From Nitrososphaerota archaeon (lineage in GTDB: Archaea; Thermoproteota; Nitrososphaeria; Nitrososphaerales; Nitrosopumilaceae): a stretch of 64,000 nucleotides of DNA. The position numbers and the translations under genes were made by a program. Below are positions 11,001 to 19,835 of this stretch, piece after piece; within the stretch, counting starts at the first letter, position 1; each line of letters starts with the position of its first letter. Where the stretch lies: positions 772,727-836,726 of the forward strand of contig JAGWFT010000001.1 of NCBI GenBank assembly GCA_028867755.1. Reading direction: 5' to 3'. The notes below the pieces were generated by a model. That model was not told the origin of the DNA. It made no database searches and saw only the letters and a program-made list of their open reading frames with translations.

Positions 11001-11578
11001 TACCACAAACAAATACAACTCAAGTAATTCAGCCTCCTCCTGTAAATACAACTCAAGTAACTCCGCCGTCTACAAATACCACTCAAGTTCCACAAGAACT
11101 AACTATGATTCCAACAAGTATAGGACCGACTCAGAAAAAGACAACCCAGTTTATGATTGTGAATAAGGATAACATGATTGAAAGTTCACTAATTCCTATA
11201 AATCTGAGTGAAAAAATCAACGGTAATCAAACCTACTATCCACAAGAGATGGATGGGCTACTTCGTGTAAACCCAGGTGACGAAAATGTAGTTAGTCTCA
11301 AGGTAATCTCTCCTGATGGCACATGCATAATTGGTTCAAATGCAAATTGTAAAGTATCTCAATCGACATATCATGGAAGCTCGCTTTACCAAAGTGTGAA
11401 AATAGGATCTAACAGCTTCCTAGTGGGATTTTCAGGATCAAATCAAAGAATACAACAATTCAGTGTTCTGCCAGTCAATGCAAACAATACTCTTACATCT
11501 GGTAGCTGGAATATACAGGTAATCAAAAATGATCAGGTGTCTAGATTCTACTATCAAGTAACCTATCTGACAAAATAA
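8063..11578 (+). CDS. Large secreted surface protein: lamin-tail domain plus seven MG2/Ig-like modules
   Basis: Signal peptide; HVVINEA...DWVEIYNPTSSPVNISGWTI (LTD); seven modules starting TD(K/Q)xxYxxG(D/E)xVxIxG; Pro/Thr-rich linker near the C-terminus. Confidence 0.8.
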   Translation: MQMRYLRSYTIVSFIVLILIGQTYSALGQAAPIATHVVINEADIHPVGDDTKYPIDWVEIYNPTSSPVNISGWTIGATTGLQQIYMISSNTIIQSKQFMIFTYGPLWFPHAGAVIQLKNSDKTIIDQTPPLTDFQGGGGSWQRMVDGYDTGSSTDWVYKPATPGSSNGQLSTSTTVAPTTIAFATDKTSYIFGDTVTMSGKVSKLMNDPALGYPLSVNLAVSGPAGFQKTFTLYPSTNLQFSTSMTTGQILGFQEGNYTVSASYGSVVASSSFMLGSTPFVPPSQTAPVTMSISTDQPIYTILQPITLNGTVSQVIPLTPVIYKVYEPNGTMIYQGNLYPDSQGHFTTYSPYQSHSSTSGIVINAITPIYGTYAITASYGTSSAKTSFTLLATSVSSVPIVLSTDKQVYGLGETVTIGGRINVQGLQNNGLTPSLQITQTYQTGVNRGVLPNALSTTAFVNVASDGTFSYKLSVPGSSSGLGSYRVTVTSAYGQAKADFVVVQDPSTYKAQSSSPLSIATDKTSYSVGDSITIYGKVEYPLSQAGSGGTSVNIVIVNSTGGFLLSYQNTAQQTAAVTSKSVPLTYYAYPDSNGIFQIKQTIQRIIFLPGMYTLKATYNSITASTSFSVYDPLATGSPGQVSPITASLDKQVYGVGDTVHLTGKISSLTGTSAYTINLLKPDGGIISAPLALNNGLFSWDWTVPSQAAFNTASTFTTNRASSFNASSQTSLYGIYGIKITSDYGNSQLFFQVSQNPQNQTTILPFTIETGKTEYLSTDVLSISGQALPQSNAAAQYSNTQVQISVYTQTGQEIYRYFATLNQGGQFHATIPMQPGVWTTGTYKVYAQYLTDSAQTIFQVTDPFTLSSTGSLKLFMTTDNGKYLPGQTVLITGRTSYIVSVDNAYLTFDLANDTVINEGKVVSQKGSTLPHITTSFDQYGSFTYNYVIPKSALLGTYIVIAEVPFGYYNTTYQVVNQLPQIVPQTNTTQVIQPPPVNTTQVTPPSTNTTQVPQELTMIPTSIGPTQKKTTQFMIVNKDNMIESSLIPINLSEKINGNQTYYPQEMDGLLRVNPGDENVVSLKVISPDGTCIIGSNANCKVSQSTYHGSSLYQSVKIGSNSFLVGFSGSNQRIQQFSVLPVNANNTLTSGSWNIQVIKNDQVSRFYYQVTYLTK
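11012..11089 (+). repeat. Three 15-nt repeats encoding NTTQV in a Pro/Thr-rich linker
   Basis: aatacaactcaagta, aatacaactcaagta, aataccactcaagtt separated by Pro-rich spacers; each gives an N-x-T sequon. Confidence 0.85.
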
Positions 11579-11611
11579 CCAAATTGATGAAATCATATCT
11601 CAAATACTACC

Positions 11612-12133
11612 TTGAGTTATTTTTACATAGGCTGTGAAAATAAAGTGAAAGTTCAAGTTTTTATGCTGCGTCAGGACGATCCGACAAAATGTACTGCAGC
11701 AAAATTAGTAAAATTTGGATTGGCAAAACAAATAAGACGAACAGTAGGGGCAACCATGGTTTTAGATCCTTTTTCTGAGAAAATTGTTTTAAAAAGTGAT
11801 GGACAGACTATTGATTCTATTACTGCTATAGATTGTTCCTGGGAGTTGATAAAAAAAACATTTGTTAGACGTTTTTCAGGACTTTCTCGCAGGCTACCTC
11901 CTTTACTTGCCGGCAATCCTGTAAACTATTCTAAAATAGGAAAACTCACTACTGCAGAAGCTATAGCAGCTGCGCTTTTCATCATGAATCTTGATGAACA
12001 GGCCCATACAATATTAAATAAATTCAAGTGGGGGCATACATTTTTTGAACTCAATCAAGATCTCTTAAAAGATTATTCAAATGCAGATTCCCAAGAAAAA
12101 ATAATTGAAATATCAACTGATTATGGTATCTAA
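11612..12133 (+). CDS. tsr3: 16S rRNA aminocarboxypropyltransferase Tsr3 (DUF367)
   Basis: QDDPTKCTAAKL, IDCSW, RRLPPLLAGNPVNY, LTTAEAIAAAL, FKWGHTFFELN. Confidence 0.93.
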   Translation: MSYFYIGCENKVKVQVFMLRQDDPTKCTAAKLVKFGLAKQIRRTVGATMVLDPFSEKIVLKSDGQTIDSITAIDCSWELIKKTFVRRFSGLSRRLPPLLAGNPVNYSKIGKLTTAEAIAAALFIMNLDEQAHTILNKFKWGHTFFELNQDLLKDYSNADSQEKIIEISTDYGI

Positions 12134-12289
12134 AACACATAGTAAATAACAGATGGTTAAACTAAGCGTAATTTGAGGGGTTGAAAGTAGAATTAACACA
12201 TCTCTCCAAGACGTCTTTGTTTCTTCCTCATGTCTTTTTAACGTGGGTAAAGATTTATTCGAGCGTTTTTTCCACACGAGTAGGCTTAC

Positions 12290-14623
12290 ATGACAAATGA
12301 ACACTCAGGACTTGTTCGTAGCTTATCTCTGCTAGACATAACTATGATTGGAATTGCCGCCATGATAGGCGGTGCCATCTTCAACTTGGTTGGACCTGCA
12401 ATGAATGAATCCGGACCTTCTCTGACAATTGTCTTTGCAGCTAGTGGTATTATCAGTTTCTTTACTGCTTTAACATACGCAGAGTTAGGTTCCGCCTTTC
12501 CAGAAGCTGGAGGGGGATATCGATGGGTAAGAGAGGGGCTTCCAAGACCAAATGCCTTCATCAGCGGGTGGATAGCATGGTTTGCCCATATGATAGCGGG
12601 CAGTCTTTATGCAGTTTCAATTGGAGATTTCTGTGGAAGTCTGCTTACAAGCTTGGGGGTTGCACCAGAATATGGCGGGATACCACTAAGTAAAATCATC
12701 GCAGTAATCTTCATCGTGGTATTCACATATGTAAATTACCGAGGCGTATCACTTACTGGTCGAGTGGGAAACGGTCTTACAATTGCACAACTTGCAATAA
12801 TTGTAATTCTTATAACCTCTGGATTGTTTGCGCTTGGTTTTGTTAATCATAACTGGGCAGAAAACTTTCATAATTTCATACCAAAGGGAGTGACTGGATT
12901 CATTTTAGCAATGGGAATAACCTACATTGCCTTTGAAGGGTATGAAATAATTGTACAAACAGGTGAGGAGGTAAAAAATCCAAAGAAGAACATTCCACGA
13001 GCCATTTTCATTGCTCTTGGAGTAGTAACTGTGTTGTACATTATATTCGCATTTGTTTTTGTAGGAGGGCTTCAGCCTAGTGTACTTGGAAAGGAAGTAT
13101 GGCAGTATATTGGTGATTATCAAGACTTGGGAGTTGGAAAAGCTGCCCAGTACCTGATACCGTATGGAACGATTCTAGTTTTTGTCGGTGGAATAGTATC
13201 AAGCATCGCTGCTCTGAGTGCCACCACGTTTTCTTCAAGCAGGGTATCTTTTGCTATGGGGCGACAGTATAATTTACCATATATTTTCAGTTCGATTCAT
13301 CCTAAATTCCACACCCCTCATTTTGCAATAATTGCATCAGGTTTCATAATGCTGATAATGGCATCTTGGTTACCATTAGAACAGATTGCACTTGCTGCAG
13401 GTGTGCTGTTTCTCTTTCTTTTCACACAGGTCAACTGGGCAGGAATAAACATACGAAGACTTTATGGGCATAAACTCGACTATGGGTTCAAGATTCCACT
13501 CTTTCCTCTCATGCCGTTAATAGGGATTTTTGCAAAAGCTGGACTGGCGATATTTCTTTTGATATACAATCCATTAAGTTGGGTGATAGCAATTGTTTGG
13601 ATACTAATAGGATTCTCAATATACAAATTATATATTTCAAAAAAAGAGATAGAGCATTACGCACCACTAGTTGCAAACATTGGTCCTTCACAGAGAAAAG
13701 ACTATCGTATCATGGTTGTATTTAATAAAAAAACAGTTGAAAAACTTGTAACTATTGCATCGTCTATTGCAAAGGACAAGGATGGCGAAATCTCTCTTCT
13801 AAATGTGGCTACAATACCCATTCAGATCCCTCTTTCTATGGCACATGGATTTGCCGAACCAGTGATGAAGTCCTTTGATGATTTGAAAAAGAAACCAGGT
13901 TTTTCAGAATATAGATATCTAGTTAGATTGTCTCATGATACCACCGAAGCAATCCTTGCAACCGCCGAAGAACAGGGAGTAAATCTTCTTATAATGGATT
14001 TTTATGATCTTCGCAATAATAGGAAATTGCTTTCTCTTACTACGTGTGATATCATAGGAGTAAATATCAAAAAAGAATTTGAAAAAGAACTTTCACACAT
14101 AGTAGTAGCATATGATAAAGGAAGGCATTCAGATCTTGGTCTTGAAATTGCAAACTCATTTTCCAATTCTCTGGACAGCAAAATACGAATTGTACGAGGT
14201 GTGGTGGAATCGCCTGAAGAGGAACGCGACATACTAAGCAGGATAAATGAAAAAATGTTTGACCTTGATTTAAAAAAAGTCCCTGTTGAAAGGATTTATC
14301 CTACAAGTATCGATGTTACTAAGGATCTATTGTACAATCTAAACCAAGAACCTGAGATAGTGATTGTCGGAGCTGGGAATCAACCCGAACAAGCATTTAG
14401 TCCAAAAACAATGGAAATTGTTGAAAAATCAAAGTATACTGTCTTTGTAGTCAGAGATTCTAGATTTTCAGTAATAAGGGCAAGATACTTTTGGCATGTG
14501 ATTGCACCTAGGCTTAGAGAAAACAGATTCATTTACAGGCTATATCGTGTCGTGTATAGTATTGTGAAATCTAGAAAAGGAGCAAAAACTCCACACGAAG
14601 ACTATTTTGCACCTAAAATGTAG
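12290..14623 (+). CDS. APC-family amino acid permease fused to C-terminal USP-like domains
   Basis: GIAAMIGGAIF, YAELGSAFPEAGGGY, FEGYE, SSSRVSFAMGR; soluble C-terminal ~300 aa with AEEQGVNLLIM and IVIVGAG. Confidence 0.9.
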   Translation: MTNEHSGLVRSLSLLDITMIGIAAMIGGAIFNLVGPAMNESGPSLTIVFAASGIISFFTALTYAELGSAFPEAGGGYRWVREGLPRPNAFISGWIAWFAHMIAGSLYAVSIGDFCGSLLTSLGVAPEYGGIPLSKIIAVIFIVVFTYVNYRGVSLTGRVGNGLTIAQLAIIVILITSGLFALGFVNHNWAENFHNFIPKGVTGFILAMGITYIAFEGYEIIVQTGEEVKNPKKNIPRAIFIALGVVTVLYIIFAFVFVGGLQPSVLGKEVWQYIGDYQDLGVGKAAQYLIPYGTILVFVGGIVSSIAALSATTFSSSRVSFAMGRQYNLPYIFSSIHPKFHTPHFAIIASGFIMLIMASWLPLEQIALAAGVLFLFLFTQVNWAGINIRRLYGHKLDYGFKIPLFPLMPLIGIFAKAGLAIFLLIYNPLSWVIAIVWILIGFSIYKLYISKKEIEHYAPLVANIGPSQRKDYRIMVVFNKKTVEKLVTIASSIAKDKDGEISLLNVATIPIQIPLSMAHGFAEPVMKSFDDLKKKPGFSEYRYLVRLSHDTTEAILATAEEQGVNLLIMDFYDLRNNRKLLSLTTCDIIGVNIKKEFEKELSHIVVAYDKGRHSDLGLEIANSFSNSLDSKIRIVRGVVESPEEERDILSRINEKMFDLDLKKVPVERIYPTSIDVTKDLLYNLNQEPEIVIVGAGNQPEQAFSPKTMEIVEKSKYTVFVVRDSRFSVIRARYFWHVIAPRLRENRFIYRLYRVVYSIVKSRKGAKTPHEDYFAPKM

Positions 14624-14667
14624 CTCTTGTCAATACTAAAATAGAATCTCCACTGATCCTAGGTAAG

Positions 14668-14949
14668 GTGCGAGCCGGTGAATGAGGCGCTGCTACGGCA
14701 GAGGAAACTCCTCCCTCCATGCAGCAAATGTGATCCGGAGACGGATAACCAGAGATGGTTGGCAACAGAACAGAAAATTATCCTATCTGGGACGTACTGT
14801 GATGGTAATGCCTGAGATTCCCAGTAAGGAATGAAAAAGCTGTCCCGCATGGAGCAAGGCCAAATCAAACAACAAGTGCTGCACTTTGTTTAGGTAGGCC
14901 GCATAGCGAAATCTCGTAAAACAGAAGGAGGGTTACAGCTGGCACGCAC
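14668..14949 (+). ncRNA. rnpB: RNase P RNA
   Basis: Universal CR-I GAGGAAACTCC (~14701) and CR-V AACAGAAGGAGGGTTAC (~14920) forming P4; P1 GTGCG-A-GCCGG / CTGGC-A-CGCAC closes the molecule. Confidence 0.95.
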
Positions 14950-14987
14950 TTTAATTTTTAATGATACGTTCTGTTTATTGTTTAGTA

Positions 14988-16238
14988 TTAGATAGCTGAT
15001 CTCTTTGGCTTGTCGTCTGGATTACTTGGACTGCTAGTGCTAGCAGCACTGCCTGGCGTTCCATCAAATTTGTCTGCCCAGTGATGTCTTTCTTCGTAGT
15101 GTACAGGTCCAGTATCAACCTCTCTGACTACTTCCTTCATCTTCTTGTTGCTCCACCAGAATATCCCAACAGCTATTACTCCAGCAAATCCTGCCATTCC
15201 GTATACCATCATTGTTGATGTTCCACCAGCTGTGACAGTACTTGTAGTATTGGAAGCTTGAGCTGTAGTTGTAAATGTCCATCCACCTTGAACTTTGTTT
15301 GGATTTGCGTGACCTTCTATGTTGATGGTACCTGCATTTGCCTGTTCTTTTGTCGAAATATGATATTTTAGACCATCTGAACCTGTAAAGTCTTCATCAA
15401 TATTGTTTACATGTAATGTCCCTGAGAAAGCATTGCTAAGTCCTGAGGAAAATGTGGTAACTGCAATTTTTTGTCCTTGGTATCCATATCCAGCTGTCTC
15501 AGTTAGGGTATATGCAGGATCAAAAAGACTATCCCATTTGTCAACTGGTTGTTGGCTGAAGAGTCCTGTTGCATCCAACAAGTTTGGATTCTGGAATACA
15601 CTATATGCATCAGTGCCCTTGAGTGCATTGTAAAGATCTGGCATCTGACTCTTGATGGCGTCTATTGGATAGTTGATTTCTATTGGCCCGTATTGATTGG
15701 TGTTTATGCTGACAGGTGCGCTGGCGTTGAATGCCATCCAAGATGCATCAAATGTCTCTGGTATGTCGCCACTTGCTGTGTTCAACACATAACCTGTCAC
15801 TGTGGGAGTAAGCACAATTTTGTAATCAAAAGATGCATGATCTGAATATCCGTTTATAGCTAGTTGATAATCGACTACTAAATTAGTCAAAACTGCAGTA
15901 CTATGTTCGTTTGATACAATGTCTGTGTTAATTTGTTGCATGAATGTTTTGAGCGCAGGATCACTTGTTGCATTATCTGTAAATACCACTGTTGCATTTT
16001 TGCCCTGAAGTATACTTTGCAGTTTGCTTCCAGCTGGATAATCTATGTAAAAGCTCTTTTCAAAATCATAAGTAGGATTAATTGGATTGCCTGCAAGAGG
16101 TAAGGTAGCACTAAAATTAACTGTTGCAAAACTAGGGGAAACTGCACCAAAAAGTAACAGACTTGTTATCACTGACGTCACTAACAGTCTACTGGTCACG
16201 TTCCGAGTACTCTCTGAGTCGCTAATAAATCTTAGCAT
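14988..16238 (-). CDS. Secreted protein with C-terminal membrane anchor (conserved hypothetical, surface-exposed)
   Basis: Signal peptide ending VSPSFA, Thr-rich linker, TM helix MMVYGMAGFAGVIAVGIFWW; start placed at ATG 16238 (GTG 16199 also possible) rather than the ORF-track start 16313. Confidence 0.7.
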   Translation of the reverse strand: MLRFISDSESTRNVTSRLLVTSVITSLLLFGAVSPSFATVNFSATLPLAGNPINPTYDFEKSFYIDYPAGSKLQSILQGKNATVVFTDNATSDPALKTFMQQINTDIVSNEHSTAVLTNLVVDYQLAINGYSDHASFDYKIVLTPTVTGYVLNTASGDIPETFDASWMAFNASAPVSINTNQYGPIEINYPIDAIKSQMPDLYNALKGTDAYSVFQNPNLLDATGLFSQQPVDKWDSLFDPAYTLTETAGYGYQGQKIAVTTFSSGLSNAFSGTLHVNNIDEDFTGSDGLKYHISTKEQANAGTINIEGHANPNKVQGGWTFTTTAQASNTTSTVTAGGTSTMMVYGMAGFAGVIAVGIFWWSNKKMKEVVREVDTGPVHYEERHHWADKFDGTPGSAASTSSPSNPDDKPKRSAI

Positions 16239-16328
16239 TAGTTTTTGCCAATTACATTTTCTAAATTTTATTGGCAAGAGTAATATGGTATTGACGTTTT
16301 GTAATAACTTCATAGGGGTGTTGAAAAA

Positions 16329-17249
16329 ATGATAACAATTCTTGCGGGAGGAACTGGTTCTGTAAAACTTGTACGAGGAATAGCATCACAAACGCGTGAC
16401 TTATCTGTAATTTCTAATGTTGGTGATAACTATTGGCTGTATGGTCTATACATTTGTCCTGACATAGATACAATGCTTTATGGACTTGCTGATATTCTTG
16501 ATACTGACAAGGGATGGGGAATAAAGAAAGATACTTTTGGATTTTTACGACAAATGGAAATGCTTGGAGAAGAAACTTGGTTCAAAATAGGTGATAGAGA
16601 CGCCTCTATACATCTCATGAGAACTAACATGTTAAAGAATGGAAAAAATCTATCTGATATTACTGAATGGATGTGCCAAAAGTTTGCTGTTGATACAAAG
16701 ATAATTCCAGTAACTGATAATAGCGTTGAAACTAGAATTGTGACAAACAAAGGTGAGCTTCATCTGCAAGAATTCTGGGTAAAATACAAAGGCCAAGATA
16801 AAGTAGAAGGCATAAAGTATTTGGGGGCGGATAAAGCACGTGCTAATCCTGCTGCAGTAAATGCAATCCATGACTCAAAGTTAGTAGTCATAGCTCCGGG
16901 TAATCCATTGACTAGCATTGGTCCAATATTATCCATTAAGGGAATAAGAAAAGAACTTGCCAAGTCAAAGAAAAAAGTTGTGGTGGTAAGTCCACTAATC
17001 GGTAATACGGCAGTAAGCGGTCCTGCTGCAAAATACTTGGAAGCAGCAGGAATAGAAGTTTCTGTGTATGGTCTTGCCAAGATGTATTCGGAGGTAGCAT
17101 CACATATGATAATAGATTCTACCGATAGACTCCACACTAGAAAGATTGAGAACTTGGATATGAAAGTGTACGAAACAAAGATAAAAATGAAAGAAAAGAA
17201 AGATGAAGAGGCGCTCGCATCTTTTATTCTGAAACAGATGCATGTCTAA
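16329..17249 (+). CDS. cofD: 2-phospho-L-lactate transferase (F420 biosynthesis)
   Basis: LAGGTGSVK, ICPDIDT, WFKIGDRD, LHLQEFWV, IAPGNPLTSIGPIL, SGPAAK. Confidence 0.95.
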   Translation: MITILAGGTGSVKLVRGIASQTRDLSVISNVGDNYWLYGLYICPDIDTMLYGLADILDTDKGWGIKKDTFGFLRQMEMLGEETWFKIGDRDASIHLMRTNMLKNGKNLSDITEWMCQKFAVDTKIIPVTDNSVETRIVTNKGELHLQEFWVKYKGQDKVEGIKYLGADKARANPAAVNAIHDSKLVVIAPGNPLTSIGPILSIKGIRKELAKSKKKVVVVSPLIGNTAVSGPAAKYLEAAGIEVSVYGLAKMYSEVASHMIIDSTDRLHTRKIENLDMKVYETKIKMKEKKDEEALASFILKQMHV

Positions 17250-17880
17250 GTTACGTATAGGTGCAATAGTACCAGTGAAGACATTTTCAAGAGCAAAGAC
17301 ACGTCTTAGTCTGTCTTCTGAAAAAACAGAAAAAATCTGTAAAATAATGCTAGAATCAGTATTATGCACGCTTTTGAAATCTGAAATTATTGAAAGGACT
17401 GTAATTGTGAGTAAGGATGAAACGGCTCTTGGAATAGGAAAAAAGTTTGGGGCTGTAGAAATCTATGATCAAGAAGAACTTGGAGTTAATAATGCAGTAA
17501 AACTTGCTGACGATTATCTATTAAGAGAAAACTTTGACTCTACTGTAGTTTTTCCTCAAGACATACCGCTTATTCAAGCAGAAGATATACAGGCTTTGTT
17601 GAACTTTAGGATTCAAAATAGATGCGTACTTGTGGTACCGTCTAGAAAATTTGACGGAACAAATGCATTATTTAGGATGCCTCTCAATGTTATGGAGACT
17701 CATTACGATGAAGATAGCTATAAAATACATCTAGATACTGCAGAAAAAAGAAATGCAGTGTCATCTCTTGTACTTATTAGAAGAATCATGTTGGATGTAG
17801 ACGATCAATCCGACCTGAACATGATGACAAGCTATGATCTACCAGTATCAAAGTCTCTTCGTGCTGCTCTTTCTTCATGA
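17242..17880 (+). CDS. cofC: 2-phospho-L-lactate/PEP guanylyltransferase (F420 biosynthesis)
   Basis: AIVPVKTFSRAKTRLS, DIPLI, DGTNAL, LDVDDQSDL; overlaps cofD. Confidence 0.93.
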   Translation: MSKLRIGAIVPVKTFSRAKTRLSLSSEKTEKICKIMLESVLCTLLKSEIIERTVIVSKDETALGIGKKFGAVEIYDQEELGVNNAVKLADDYLLRENFDSTVVFPQDIPLIQAEDIQALLNFRIQNRCVLVVPSRKFDGTNALFRMPLNVMETHYDEDSYKIHLDTAEKRNAVSSLVLIRRIMLDVDDQSDLNMMTSYDLPVSKSLRAALSS

Positions 17881-17899
17881 TTATTTTTATTTTGCATTT

Positions 17900-18898
17900 T
17901 CAGAGCTGAGTGATTGCAGTTGATTCCCGTTTTGATCTCATATAGTTAAGAATCTTAATGGATATAGCTATTGCCCCAGTAATTATTAGTAGTTGCTCTA
18001 ATGTATTGGAGAATGGATTTACAACTTGATCTGAAACAGGGACTTGACCTATTGCCGATATGAAAAACAAGTATGAATAAATAAAATAGTTTGTGCTCCA
18101 ATGCACAAGAATTGCAGGGCCAAGTCCGTATCTTACATATATCCATCCAATTATTATTCCTGCCATTGAAGCTTGAGTGAATTTTCCTGGGCTCCAAGGA
18201 GTACCAGAGATTATGTGTGCAACCCCAAAAAATATACCAACTGTAATTATAAGTGCTGCAGCTTTCTTGTAGTTTGTAATGTGCAGATACGTAGACGGTC
18301 TCCATAAAGCTTTAAAGAAAAGTTTCCATGACGCATGATTCGAAAAGATAAGAAACAGCGGTATCCCTATTAGCAATATTCTAAAACCAGATTCTTCTGT
18401 CAAAGGAGCAACTGTAAGCTGGAAAAACTGATTCAAGCTATTTTGAGACTGGGGCGGTTCTATTTTTACTCCAAAACTTTCTTGGACAAAATCTATCGTA
18501 ACTGAAAGTAAGATCAGTATGGAGAACCAAGTTATCACACTTACAAGCCAGTTATCTTTTAGGCCTCGCCACCCATCTGACATGATTTTAGACAGCAGTC
18601 CTGTCAAACTACTGTTGGGACCTACAAATGAGATAGAAAACAGTACTAGATAGATTGACCATGCTATTATGAAGGCGTCCCCAATCTGGAATGAAATTGG
18701 TACCTTGTAGATAATCCCGCCTATGAAAAAATTGAATCCATCTACAGGATATTGAAAATTTATTTCATTTCCTATGTCAGAATTAAATACAATATAGGCT
18801 CCTATGGGAAATGACAAGATCATTATTCCAAAAATCACAGAGATGAATGCAGAATAAGGAATGGAAAGAACTCTGATTGCCTTATCTATGTATAACAA
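17900..18898 (-). CDS. CPBP/Abi (CAAX) family intramembrane metalloprotease
   Basis: APLTEESGFR, FFGVAH, ILVHWSTN motifs; multi-TM. Confidence 0.88.
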   Translation of the reverse strand: MLYIDKAIRVLSIPYSAFISVIFGIMILSFPIGAYIVFNSDIGNEINFQYPVDGFNFFIGGIIYKVPISFQIGDAFIIAWSIYLVLFSISFVGPNSSLTGLLSKIMSDGWRGLKDNWLVSVITWFSILILLSVTIDFVQESFGVKIEPPQSQNSLNQFFQLTVAPLTEESGFRILLIGIPLFLIFSNHASWKLFFKALWRPSTYLHITNYKKAAALIITVGIFFGVAHIISGTPWSPGKFTQASMAGIIIGWIYVRYGLGPAILVHWSTNYFIYSYLFFISAIGQVPVSDQVVNPFSNTLEQLLIITGAIAISIKILNYMRSKRESTAITQL

Positions 18899-18905
18899 GT
18901 TGTAT

Positions 18906-19214
18906 TCAATGGACTTCTATGCTGGATTCTGGGAATCCGAGTTTTACCAGCGTTCCCTTTATTGTATCACGATGATCTCCTTGCAGGAAAATATACCCGT
19001 CCTTAACTGTTCCACCACAAGCATACCTTGCTTTTAATTCTCTAACGACTTTTCCAAGGTCATTCATCTTTGGGTTAACTCCCTCGATCATTGTACCTTT
19101 CTTTTTAAAACGTCGCTCTTCAATTCTAACCACGATTTGGGTTTGATCTTTTTCGAGTTCGCCACAGGCACATAAATCATTAGGAAGTCCGCAAGTATTG
19201 CAGATTACCGCCAT
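18906..19214 (-). CDS. sui1: Translation initiation factor SUI1 (aIF-1)
   Basis: CNTCGLP..LCAC, RRFKKKGTMIEG, LKARYACGGTVKDGYIFLQGDHR. Confidence 0.95.
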   Translation of the reverse strand: MAVICNTCGLPNDLCACGELEKDQTQIVVRIEERRFKKKGTMIEGVNPKMNDLGKVVRELKARYACGGTVKDGYIFLQGDHRDTIKGTLVKLGFPESSIEVH

Positions 19215-19292
19215 TCGAGATAAAAAGCCGGAATCCTACTATTAAGCCTTGTTTATGGTTATCTTTTTTATGTCGACTAGTTGATTTAAGAT

Positions 19293-19628
19293 GTGTCAAA
19301 GGAGCTTACAAAAAAAGCTGTGGACATGCTCCTCAAAGGAGCAACATTGGTAAGCAATCCATGCCCATATTGTAAAGGAGTGAGAATCATAAAAGATGGT
19401 AACGCATTTTGTGCAAATTGCGGCAGAGAAGCAAAAGAAGATAAAATTCTTCAAGAAGAAAAACCCAAAGAGAAGATAAAGGAGTTCTCTTCACTTGAAA
19501 AACTTGATCAAAAGATAAAAGATCTCACTGACGAATTACAACAGGAAAAGGATTACACAAAACAACAACAGATTCTCAAGTCGATCAATGATATAATCTC
19601 AATTAAGGAGAAACTCAAGAAGATCTAA
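19293..19628 (+). CDS. UPF0148/autoantigen p27-family zinc-ribbon protein
   Basis: AVDMLLKGATLVSNPCPYC...FCANC followed by coiled coil. Confidence 0.85.
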   Translation: MSKELTKKAVDMLLKGATLVSNPCPYCKGVRIIKDGNAFCANCGREAKEDKILQEEKPKEKIKEFSSLEKLDQKIKDLTDELQQEKDYTKQQQILKSINDIISIKEKLKKI

Positions 19629-19670
19629 TCACAAAAGTATTTATTTAAACAATGGTGCTCAAATGGTAGC

Positions 19671-19835
19671 ATGAGTAGCAAAAAGTCAGCACCATTACCA
19701 GCGTCAAGTGCGGGTCTTCTGAGATTCTTTGAGGATGAGACTAAGGGATACAAGTTGAAGCCAGAGATTGTAATATCAATCCCAAGCGCACTTATTGCTA
19801 TATCGTGGATTTTAAAAATATTTTTCACACCATGA
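19671..19835 (+). CDS. secG: Preprotein translocase subunit Sec61beta (54 aa, missed by ORF track)
   Basis: Manual translation MSSKKSAPLPASSAGLLRFFEDETKGYKLKPEIVISIPSALIAISWILKIFFTP; SAGLLRFFED..G.KLxP is the archaeal Sec61beta signature; stop overlaps next ATG. Confidence 0.92.
   Translation: MSSKKSAPLPASSAGLLRFFEDETKGYKLKPEIVISIPSALIAISWILKIFFTP

Noticed and set aside
14659-14868. 69-aa reverse-strand ORF
   Set aside because: Lies antisense to the RNase P RNA gene; spurious
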